The notes below the pieces were generated by a model. It made no database searches. It saw only the letters and a list, made by a program, of their open reading frames with translations, and was not told the origin of the DNA. From Stegostoma tigrinum (taxonomy: Eukaryota), in assembly GCF_030684315.1 (NCBI RefSeq), contig NC_081369.1, positions 9,400,035 through 9,464,034 on the forward strand: DNA of 64,000 bases, in the 5' to 3' direction. Positions 42,124-53,577 of the stretch are shown here, one piece after another. Position 1 is the stretch's first letter, and every line of letters starts with the position of its first letter. The position numbers and the translations under genes were made by a program.

Positions 42124-42412
42124 ACAGTCATGATGACTGTGGCAATGTCTGCCAGAATTCTACTGTGATGACTCTCAGCTACCCTCTGATTCACTGTGCT
42201 TCTTTACTGGGTCATGCAGTTTGTCCTGTGGAGGTCTCCTGTGTGGTCATGATGACTGTGCTGATGTGTCCCCGAATTCCACCATGATGACTCTCAGCTG
42301 CTCTCTGATTTGCTGCCCTTCTTCTTCATCTGGCAGAGGGTGTCCTGCGGATGTCTACTAAGCAGTCATGATGACTGTGGGGGTGTCTCCCTGACTTCCA
42401 ATGTGATGACTG
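42124..42412. repeat. 119-bp tandem repeat, about 2.4 copies
   Basis: GTCATGATGACTGTG recurs at 42127, 42246 and 42365, and the intervening sequence aligns. Confidence 0.85.
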
Positions 42413-43426
42413 TTTGTCACGCCTCCACAGCCTGCTGTGGCAATGATTCCATACATTCTCCTTTCTCTGGATGAAGAAGTCGTGCCTTAATTCCTTTCTA
42501 AAGGACTTTTCTCTAAGGCTGTGTCCTCGGGTCCTAGTCTCTCTTGCCTTCCGGAGCATCTTCTCATTGTCCAGACTGTCCACGCATAACTCACTGCAGA
42601 CTCCAGCTACTGTCACACATATGGCCCCTGAGATATGAAGCTAACAGTGCAGAGGCGAGCCAGCTCTTGATTAAATTATGTAGAATCACAGTGTAAACAT
42701 TGTAACTGTTACTATTCAGGAAGATTGTTCTCTGAAATCCTCTTGGAAACATCGAGACAAATATTAAAACTAACCTGATTTCTTGTGAATACTTTATATC
42801 ACCAACGATTGGAAATTCTCTACAAACATTCTTTCTTTTGTATTCCATTGGTTTTACACAAGAAATTAATTGCAAAGAAACTCCATAAATTCGATCAAAA
42901 TGTATGTATCTGCACCTGCTTATCATTGATACTTATCTGTCTTGTTTTTGTGACCACTGCCTGCCATCTTTGCACCCAGGCTATTATAATAAGTTGATAT
43001 CCTTATGCCTGCACACAGATGTCTCCCAGTGTAGAGTCCAATCTCAAAAGCAAAACATCACACAAGCAGAGAAGGAATGCTTGAGAATATGATGCCTCTC
43101 ATTTTCAGAAAATTACAATAACACATTTGTTTTAAAAAAGTGAAAACAATGGATTAAGCCACCTGGTTACATAGAATCTGCAATACTGCCATTCAATTTT
43201 CAATAGTAATTTTATGAGATTGCCTAACTAGCAATCCCTTTCATAGATTCTGAACGTGTGTCTCTTTTATGAAGACCTTACGTTGAATATTACCTCAATT
43301 ATGTTTTGCCATCCGGTTTTATGGCAATTTCAACAGACATACTGAAAACCCCAATTTAGCTAATCAATGTTGCAATATTTTTCAGGCAACACTCACCATA
43401 ATGCAATCATTCTTTCACTCTTGTAG

Positions 43427-43540
43427 CTAGTGTAGGAATACTACTTCACTTTGGGACTATTGGGAGTGTGGCCACTGGACTAATGTTCCTGGCACTCATG
43501 ATCAATGCTGAAACGTGGTCTCAACTGATGAATAACAATG
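43427..43540 (+). pseudogene. Probable decayed transmembrane exon
   Basis: Acceptor tttcactcttgtag; phase-1 ASVGILLHFGTIGSVATGLMFLALMI, then LKR in a shifted frame; about 114 nt with a degenerate donor. Confidence 0.45.
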
Positions 43541-46189
43541 TTAAGTTCTACTGTACCCTCACCATTTAAATGCAAACTTCAGTGTCAGTGATATCTTCTT
43601 ACCTGAACTGGAAATGAGAATTCAAATGAAAGTTAACATTGATAACGATATTATCTGTCATCAGCGAATGTCAATTATTTTGAAATACAGTTTACGCGAA
43701 TGGTATGATTGCAGAATATTAAAAAAACTTTCATAGCAATATCGATAGTTATTTGTTTGATAAAGATGTCCCTATTGAAAGATGTTAAATTAAGTGTGCC
43801 CTCCTCTACAATCAGTTGCTAACTCATTCTGTTGTGGTTCAAACCCGAAAGTGAAGAAGGACGGGTGTCTGGGAAACGTAAACTGTAAAACAATGCAATA
43901 TCTCAACTTATCCATCTTACAATGCCAACGGGACTGATCTCCCATACTAACTCCAATTCTCTACCTATCTCCATATTTGTTGACACTTTATTCATTTTGT
44001 TGTCGTGTGTTTTGCAAGAAAGTTAAATATTTCTCGTTTATCTCGATGTACCTGTGAGATATTGGCGATGAGGTGATTGGGCAGGACGGGGTTACAGTCA
44101 GAGATTTTTTACGGTCGCCGATGGAATTTAGAATAGAACGGCTGATACTCAAAATAAGCAGTGTCTCATTCGAACATCTACAACTAAGTTAAGGAGAAAC
44201 TTACTTGGTTTGAATATCTACAAACTTGACTACCTCAGCCAGTTGCGTTTGCTCTATTCTTAAATAAATTAAACACTATGATAGAAAATTTCTGAACTTT
44301 CAGGAATTAAAGAATCTGTACTGCGTGGCAGTAACTGCAGCTGAGGTGGAAAACCAGGCATGTTTGCCTGCAGAAGGAGAAACTGTCTTCAGGGGACTTA
44401 TTATCCGGTCTAGGTCTAAACGGTTACTGTGCTGTGTTTGCTCAGTGCAAAACCATTTCAGCCAATAATCAAGAGAAACCTCGGCGAACCTTTCTCTGGA
44501 GCTACAGAGATATCAGGCAGGCTAAGAACCCCCGAAGTTTATGCAATGAAGACGTTCAGCAATGAGATGGTTTTCCTTGGTCCGCAAACGATGCTCTCTT
44601 ATATTTCAAGTAAAATGCAGAACAAAAACCTCCAAGTTGCGATAAGATGCAGCTTTGCAAAACCCTTGTTGCAATCCAGACTTGTCAATCATTTTTGACA
44701 TTGCTTTCACGTTTCATGTGTATTTGCATTCGGGAATATGAGAACTAAGTAATTATTTCAAATATTACTACATTTTATTTATTCCAGGATATGCAAGACA
44801 TAAACAAGAGCTGGCAGATTCTGAAACGGCAACGAATTTTGCTGTAATAGAAATAGTATAACATAGTCATTCCAGAATATTTCAATCTACTGGCTGAAAT
44901 ATCGGTCAGCTGACAGTAACTCTTTCAAACTATGGTGAGAAATGATGGTGCAAGTAATTATTTTTTAATATTTCATGGAAATTTTCCGGGTTACTTAAAG
45001 ATGTGCCGAGGTACTAACTGATTGTTAATAAAACGATGCTTCCTCAGGTTTGAGGAAGCATATCTTAATATTGTAAATTTGCTGCTCATGTCAGTAATAC
45101 TGCCCTCTTGCGTAAACGCTGGCAGTATTATATATTATCTATAGGCAGCACAGTGCTCCAATGATTGCATTTGTGTACACATGTATAGGTTATCGTTTGT
45201 GCGCCTCATCTCAAATTCTTGTCAACTCTTGTTGCAAATTGGTGAAAACCCACAGCTGTATATTTGTATTCTGGCACGTGTAGGGATAATGTACTAAGGC
45301 CGTGCATTTTATTGCATTGGATTTGATCAGAAGCAAGAAGTTATCCCGCCACAAATATGAAGGGGAAAAATACATTTATGCCAAGGTTGATTTATTGGCA
45401 TAGATCACCAACATACGATTAACATTTATGCAAATATGAAGGCAATGGATTCTTGTGGATTGACACTGTTCACAACTGTGGCGTTTTGCAACCCTGCTGA
45501 TAACAACTTCGAAGCACTGCCTAAAGCTGTGAAAATGATAAATTGGGTATATTATTATGAAACATTGGATTTGCAAGAAAGTGCAAAAATTAAGAGAAAT
45601 ATTCGAGAATGTGCCCAATTGTAGATAAACAAGGGAAAGTGGACTACTGACACTGTCCACGTGGAAACAATATAAATGAGTAAAAAACGTATACGCGCAA
45701 ACGTCATTCTATTGTTGTCGATATTTTCTGATCAATATGTTAATGAATGATATTACACAACCTCTTTAGCAGGAGGGACTTGACGCCAAACATCTAGCCC
45801 AGTAGCAGCAATACCGACATTTCTCCACAGGAGATTTTGGCTTTATTTCTGTGTTGTGTCATGTCAACTCAGGTTTGTGAATAGTGGGTGATAACATTCA
45901 ACAGAGATATAAGACATTACATTGATGTCATTACATGGAACGTTATCTACAGTAAAACGAAAATGCATTCAAGTATTTGTTTTATGTTCCGCTAAAGGTT
46001 TTTATGAATGAAAACTTTCTCACAAAATCTACTGCTATAATTTTTATATGAACTGAGTCAATATATTTCTCTGATTGTGGTTTCGCAATACTATGGTATT
46101 ATCTGGTTTGTACAAAGTTCTGAATTCAACAAACACAGAAGCTATGCTACCTGCTAAAAATCAGCATGCTACCTACTGAAAATCAGGGT

Positions 46190-46548
46190 AGCTGATGGCC
46201 TGGTGGAATTATCATCAGACTGTTAATCTAGAGACCCAAACCATGTTCGGGGGACCTGGGTTCGAATTTCCCCACGTCAGATGGTGGAATTTGAACTCGA
46301 TACGTACTTGGAGTTACGAATCTAATGGCTATGAGTACATTGTCGATGGTGAGTTGAAAAATCCTTCTGGTTCACTGATGCCCCTTAGGCAATGAAACTA
46401 CCGTCCTTACCTGGTCTAGTGTACATGTAACTACAGCCCCACAGCAATGTGGCTGACTCTTAACTGCCCTCTGGACAATTAGGAATGCGTAATAGATGCT
46501 GACCTAGCCAGTGATTCTCGCATCGTGTGAATTAATAATAATAATAAA
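46190..46548 (+). mobile_element. tRNA-derived SINE of a second family (SacSINE1/DeuSINE-like)
   Basis: Box B GGTTCGAATTT, body gcaatgtggctgactcttaactgccctct, (aat)n tail. Decayed relatives near 35.1-35.4 kb and 40.05-40.27 kb. Confidence 0.7.
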
Positions 46549-49509
46549 TCCTGCTTTTTTCCCCTTGGTAAGTGATATTCTCAGGTCAGTGATTTGATTT
46601 CTGTTGTATTTTGCAGTCTTGTGACTGCCAGTCTTGTTTATATTACTGATATGAGATGGTTGAAGGTTCAGTCTATGGAACAATCCAAGAATCTCCTGTT
46701 TCCGATTCCCCCCCCCCCCCCACCTTTTTGCTAATTTTAACCGTTTACCTAACTCTTATGTATTTATGTGGAATCATAAAATATCAAACCTTTTCTGGGA
46801 TCTGACACTTTTCAAAGAATCATCCAAATGATTCCTCAAACAGCGCAGTTTTCTAATTTTGAATTTATAACTAATTCTTCACGTATTCTGCTTGCAATAG
46901 CGATTACACTTCGGTATTCCTTTGCCCTTTAATTAAAGAATCAATTGAATCGACTTAAGTTATGTGCCATTTTAAACTATTGTTAATTCAAAGTTATTAT
47001 GATACAAAGTAAAACGAAATTTCTTTACTGGAATCTATGAAGCTATGATTTGATTGGGCACAGCTCTCTGCCAAAGGTACCGTGTTTTATTTTGCCACAA
47101 TAGATTTTCCTGTAGCCATCTATTGTTTCAATATCAAAGCGATACAAATCATCGTGACAATGCATGAACAGAAGTGGTGGTCTACGTTAAAGACCACTGG
47201 ACCACTGGACATATTGACCACATCAATATGTGGGTGAAATGTTAGCTTGACAGAATGCTGGATATTTTTTAACTTGATTGACGTAATCATCCGTAAAACC
47301 AATATCGACAATGGTCAGATGCTAATCAAGCTTGCTAGTTGCTAACCAACCAACACATTTAATGCTAAGTTTAATTTTGTTTATAGCAGGATACTGACAA
47401 TATGTCTGGTGACGAATAGTAACAGCTTTGCCTCTGCATGTTTTGGTACTATATCTACACACACTGTTCAGATCCTACAAATATGCCATTTCATACTTTT
47501 CTGTCTAAATTTTCAAAATGTTTTCTTGATATTGCCGAAAATGTGAGTGCTTCAGCTTATATGATATCGATTTCCATTTTAGACAATCCATTTCCTTGTT
47601 CAAAACATTTTGACTGCTTGTGGAGAATTGGTCTGTTTTCTTATCCCAATCCCAATATTCCTCTGTGCATAGCGTATTTTAAATTTAACCATGTTTGGGT
47701 TTGGTTCGTTATATAAATTGCAGCCTCTCTAATATTCGGCGCTGAGGACAAGTCAGCACATTTCCTTTACTCAACAAGAAATTTTAGAGTAAGACAAAGT
47801 ACTGACATAAAGAGGGAACGTTATTGACAAGTATCGTATTGTTAACAACAAACCTATCCTTAATAAATCTATTACAGGAAGATCAACCTCTTCTGAGGAG
47901 AAAAAAGATGAAAAATCAGAAGTCTTTTAACTTTAACACACTTTGTTCAAGTGACAGTTTAATGAAAAAAAGTAAGAAATCACAAGTTATCCCATTTACT
48001 GTTCTGATTCAGTAATTAATCTACACACACCGAAGCTGCTCGAACTGACTGTCTTCCTTGAACCACTGCAATTGGCTGATTTCTCTTTACGATGATAATG
48101 ACCTCGATTTCAAGAGAATCCTCTTTAGGAACCACTTCGCAGCGATAAAAATGACTTTTGATGGTCACCAACTCTCACACATATTTGGGAAGAGTTTCAA
48201 AGAAGGCAAGTGTAATAATTGGCTATTGCATTGAACGTTTTAGGAGGCTTACACTCAAATCTGAATATGAGTTTGCTACTTTAACATATTGAGGCAGTTC
48301 TTTGCAAGTTCGATTAACGAGAGGACACCTTATGAAAACATTAAGAAAGCGTTTCTTTGGGAACTTCACGGTACAACGCGAATGCGATGTTTGACTTCGC
48401 AAGAGAATTAGGACCAGAGGAGCATAATTTCAGGGTACAGGAATGGTCATTTAAGACACACATTAGATCTTTTTTTCATCCAGAGGGCAGTGAATCTCTG
48501 GAATTCTGTGCCACAGAGCATTACTGAGGCAAACTGAAGGCTGACACAGGCAGGTATCTGGACCAAGGGCTAAAGGAACATGGCAAAAGGAGAACTCGAG
48601 GATTAACAGGCCAACAATGATCTAATTGATTGGAATGATAGAGTCAATGGGTTGAATGGCTTAATTCGGCTGTTATGATTTATAATTGATTAAGTTTTGA
48701 GCAGGAGGAATAGACAGACATGAGCATTTCATGAGAGAGAAAGCAAATACTGACATTACATGATGTAATAAAAATACACTTTAGCTATAGAAATTGGAGA
48801 AAATTACAGTCATGAAGTCCATCAAGGAAATTTTAAAGTTTCTATTGATTCTCCTTATGGAATAGGAAGAAAAGAATGTGAAGGTATTGATATGTCAATT
48901 GACATATCATTGGGTGAAATGAAGTGGCAAATGCCACTTGGATATTGCCTCTGCAGAACAGATGGCAGATAGAATATTTGCAATTTTGTATCCCCATCGA
49001 AGAGGTTTATATGAATTGTGATGCAATGAGCAAGCTTGTATCGAGTGCATGCGTCTTAGTTCCTGAAGCATGCTGGCAAAAATATCGAAATCCAAAGACC
49101 GAAAATGTCAGGGATCAACATGAAACGACCTAGACACAATAGCCGACATGATGCTGTCACCATCTCAATATGGCATAAAAACAATTAATGTACAGCAGCA
49201 TTGACTGGATGAGTATGGAAGCGATGTATCTCCAAATAAAACACGAGACAAAGCATGACCAGCAGGTGGTGCTAAGTGCTTTATATCTGGCCATTTGGAA
49301 CAATCTAAGAAATATCATGAAGAACAACAACTGCAAAACCTCAGTGAAGAAAGGCCAGGGGAAAGAAAATCCAGTTTAATTGAAATGAATAAAAACAAAT
49401 ATGATTCCAAGGAATTACTGAGACAGGATAAGGAGAAAGACAACTTTCCTAGGTAAAGTCAAACAGAATGAAACCAGAAAATAGATCATCATCTTAAAGT
49501 CGCAGTTTA

Positions 49510-49817
49510 ATTTTAGATTACCTACAGTGTGGAAACAGGCCCTTCGGCCCAACAAGTCCACACCGCCCCTTGGAACATCCCACCCAGACTCATCCCCCTA
49601 TAACTCACACACTCCTGAACACTATTAGCAGGGCGAATCCACCTAGCCTGTACATCTTTGGACTGTGGGAGGAAACCGGAGCACCCGTAGGAAGCCCACG
49701 CAGACACCAGGAGAATGTGCAAACTCCACACAGACGGTTACCCGAGGCTGGAATCGAACCCGGGTCCCTGGTGCTGTGAGGCTGCAGTGCTCACCACTGA
49801 GCTACCTTGCCGCCCCA
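49510..49817 (-). mobile_element. HE1-type SINE, near full length
   Basis: tRNA-like head with A and B boxes, conserved core, and a CR1-like 3' tail (ggccgaagggcctgtttcc). Confidence 0.9.
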
Positions 49818-49859
49818 AAACGAGATTCCTCGAAGCTCAGCCCTAACCAGGGCAGTAAC

Positions 49860-49932
49860 TGGCTGCACCCGGAGTTGAACTCGGATCGCAGAGCTCAGAA
49901 GCCAGCGTGCTGACCACTATACCACAGCTGCC
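49860..49932 (-). pseudogene. tRNA-Gln(CTG)-like pseudogene or SINE head
   Basis: GGCAGCTGTGGTATAGTGGTCAGCACGCTGGCTTCTGAGCTCTGCGATCCGAGTTCAACTCCGGGTGCAGCCA aligns colinearly with vertebrate tRNA-Gln, but the acceptor, anticodon and T stems are mismatched. Confidence 0.6.
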
Positions 49933-50309
49933 AGATTCTGTCGTACAGGCAAGCACTTTACCATCGCTGATGTGTGTGACAGTCAGGCAAATTAATACAA
50001 AGATAACAAGATAGACGTGTTGAAAATATAAATAGAAATAACTGAACATGAGTTAGAAGCCAATTCAGGGACATCTTTGCAGAGTGGCCACGTTTGGTAA
50101 CTCCATATTCAAGGGTTTTCAGTCTCCTGGAAGAATAGGCAAAATTGTAAAGGAGATGAAGTAGTTTTGTTCACGAAGGCGAGTATCAGTGTACAACCTG
50201 GAGTGGATTCAGTTCAAGTGAAAATGCAAAATAGCACGGCAAAGACTTCATGGCTGGGGCTTTTCTACATGCCACTGATTTGCTTCACTATTGGGCATTT
50301 TGCGCTGTA

Positions 50310-50975
50310 AGTACAGTAGACTAGATTCGGAGAAGCGGTGCTTCACTTGGAAGGTGTGTCAGAGACCTTGGATATTGAGGAGGAAGGAAGTAAATGGTCA
50401 GGCATTACACCTTCTGTGCACAAGATGAAGGGTCTAGGCCTGAAACGTCAGCTTTTGTGCTCCTGAGATGCTGCTTGGCCTGCTGTGTTCATCCAGCTCC
50501 ACACTTTGTTATCTGGCACGTAAGTAAGCGACTGGTTCTCGCATCCTGTTGAACGGAGTGGAAATGGCAGTTTACAGACCTTTGGGTGTGGGTTCTGGTG
50601 ATCACAATGTCGTCGCCTCTACATTGCAGAGATTTTTTAATGATTGAGATTAGATTAGATTCCCTACAGTGTGGAAACAGGCCCTTCGGGCCAACAAGTC
50701 CACACTGCCGGTTGAAGCATCCCACCCAGACCCATCCCCCATAACCTGAAGCGCAGACTGAGGAATTGATTTGAAGAACATGTGCGTTTTTGTCTGCAAA
50801 AATGATCTTGAACTTGCTGTTGCCGATCACTTCAATACGCGAGTGTTCGCTTGCGAGTATCTTTGAATCGGGCTTGCTGCAGAGCTCCAGCGAAGTTATT
50901 GCAAGCTGGATGAGTAACATCTCATTTTCTGTCTTGGGACACTGGAGCCCTCAGAACTCAATATAGACTTCAATC
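50310..50975. mobile_element. Decayed Penelope GIY-YIG region fragments with nested family A half element (50424-50513) and SINE
   Basis: Similar to the Penelope 3' region at 56.4-56.8 kb (catctcattttctgtcttgggacactggagccc). Confidence 0.55.
50646..50745 (-). mobile_element. HE1-type SINE 3' fragment
   Basis: (attag)n tail plus cctacagtgtggaaacaggccc, as in the 49.5 kb copy. Confidence 0.8.
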
Positions 50976-53522
50976 CTTTAAAAGGATAAGTACCTTCTCC
51001 CCTCTCCTTACCCCAAACTGCAAACAACATGAGCTGCTATCATAACCAACCCATTGTAAGCTACCAATGGTCCAGGTCATGAGGAAGAAGCTGATTTTGG
51101 AAGAAATGCTGACAAGAGTGTACAAAGTTATTAGAAGTTTTAGTAAAATTGAAACAAAAGAATCACAATGCTCTGTAAAATAGTCTAACGCACCTGCTTG
51201 CATTGTGCCAGGAATTTCCACATTGCTTGATTACAATGAAGATTTTTTCCTGAGCAGGATATTTTGTGATCTAGGTAGTTTAAAATCAATATTGTCAGGG
51301 GCATTGATGCACACATGTAGAGCAGATGAGCCGCGAAGCTGGCCTGCCTGGCTTACAGTTAAGGAAGCTATTGTGCAACACTAGATCGCTACCCCATGTC
51401 CTCCATTGCATCTACACAAATTAAGTGCACGTGTTTTTATGGTTGCATAATTTAGCAAATATTTCGAATTAATGATTCTCCAAAGGGAGAGTCACCCTTT
51501 ATTTGGACGGAGTGCTTCGCACCACTTCTCATAAGGAAAACATGCAGGTTGCGCCCTCGAGATGCAACGTACCGCTGCATTTTGTCTTTTTTTTCTTTTT
51601 CACTATTACTTCATCAGAATTTGTTGCATTTCTCCGCTCAATTCAACGTGTTTTCTGCTCAGTTTTCAGTCTGTCACATCAAACTCAAATGACTCCATTC
51701 GAAGGCGCATGTCTGTTATAAATCCCTATGACAGTGGCTGGTAATATAATCACCATTTCTCGATGGATCCTGCCCTTCGGCATTTCAAACTATTGATAAT
51801 GCTCTGCAGCTTCTCCTCTATTATCCATTACAATCAGGTTGCATTCATTGTCAGGCCGTGGAACAATATCAGAAAGTATAGTTCTGAGAGAAGTTTGTTC
51901 ACCCAGACATTGTGAGCCTGTGGAATATTCTGTAACAGAAAGCAGTTGAATGTTTTCATGAAGGCGTTAGATCCCCTTTTCTGAGGGATAAAGAGGTCAA
52001 AGAGTGTGGGAAGGAAACAGGAACAGGGTATGAATTGGATCATCGGCCACGATCATATTGGATGGAAGAGCAGGCTTGCAGAGCCAAATGGCCTTAACCC
52101 TGCTCCTATCTGTACCAACCTGGGTTTCGAAAAGGCAGAACATATCTAATTTATATGATTATGACTTTACTAAAGAATGGGCAATGTTGATGAGGACAAT
52201 GCGAGTGTTTTGGTATCTGTGTAATTTCTAAACATTTCAAACACTGTTACAAAATAGGGCAGATAACAGGCCCGTTATTCATGGAATCAAAGCAAAATGG
52301 TCGTAGTCGCAGCAATGTCAGATACCAGAGAGAATCGCAAGCATACAATGTCAAATTAAAGGAACACTTTCAAATGGAGTTCTGCAATTGGGAGGACCTG
52401 AGACTATCTGCGCACTGCTTGGTGAAATTGGCAATGTTCAGAGAGCAAATGATTAGTGTGATATCCAATTTCAACGGCGTTACTATAATGATAATAACAG
52501 TGTACCAAGGCAAGGATATTGTGGCGCAGAATTTGCAAGAATGATAAAAAGAATTGAAATTCTTGGCGTTTTGTGGAACGATTTAAATTCCAACTTCAAG
52601 CTGCACTCAATTGATTATTTTAGAAGTGCATTCATTGTCATTAAAAAGAAACGCGGCAATCGACGTGCGCTGCCAAAATCTGCGAAAAGCAATCAGCTAA
52701 AAATATCAGGGAGTCTCTGTTTTTATGATGATCGGAGCATAAATACTAGAAAGAACGCCAATAATTCCACAACTCTACTTTCATAAAATGAACTCAATGG
52801 ATTGCTTAACATTTGTTCGACCTTGCACAAAGTTTAAAGTTGCATTGGAAATCCGGCATCCCTGCCGTTACAGCGTGCCAACGTGTCTGTCCTGGTTTTT
52901 GTGTTGCTTTACAGAACTGTATCTTCCACCCAGAAAATTTTAGCACTGAGGAAAAATTCCAACTCACTGAGAGATTACTTCCCAAAAATTTGCCTGATTC
53001 CATGGATGGAAATGAGTGGTGAAGCCCCGTCTATTGCCGTTCAAGACGAAAAAGTTGAGAATTCAAACCACGAGAGTTCTGAAGGGAATGCATAATGGCC
53101 AACTGAGCCCATTGACAGAAACTCCAAGCATCAAAGCCTCCGATTATCGAAAACGTGAAAACGATGCTACGTGATCAACATCTGTGGTCAAGACCTGGAT
53201 GTCCTCATTAAAACAGTGATGGAGCCAGATCTACCTGCGTTTAGAAAGAATATGGGCATTAGCAGCGTTAGTTAACTCTGCATTTGAAAATCAAATGTCT
53301 TTTGCTCTTTTGCATTACTTGATAAACACGATTTCAGACGTGACATACACACAGAAACTGCAAAATAGCATTGACCATACGAGACTCAAATTACCGACCG
53401 CACTCACAGGATGTTAAACGTCATTGCCACGTATCTGATACAGTGAGCAAACTGGAAACCCGTCTTAGCAGTTACTAAAGCGCGTAGCTGCACAGCGTGG
53501 TTAGAACAAACCATCATTAATA

Positions 53523-53577
53523 ATGCCAGCGAGGATGATTTTTTTCTGCCTGACACTACTCGAGTTTATTCTTGCTG
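53523..53577 (+). CDS. Signal peptide (leader) exon MPARMIFFCLTLLEFILA
   Basis: ATG, hydrophobic core, phase-1 donor G|GTACTT, and a 166-nt intron before the V exon, as is typical of IgSF leaders. Confidence 0.8.

Noticed and set aside
42124-42412. CRISPR-like array
   Set aside because: The sequence between motifs is itself repeated rather than unique, there are fewer than 3 full units, the context is eukaryotic, and there are no cas genes.
44330-44470. AEGETVF as the start of another V domain
   Set aside because: No correctly spaced Cys, Trp or YxC follows.
36950-46721. Poly-G (about 36951) and poly-C (about 46707) runs
   Set aside because: Simple homopolymers with no supporting context.
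53400-53522. Promoter motifs (CRE-like ACGTCA, GGAAA, RUNX-like) upstream of the leader
   Set aside because: Short degenerate matches expected by chance; no Ig octamer or clear TATA box seen.
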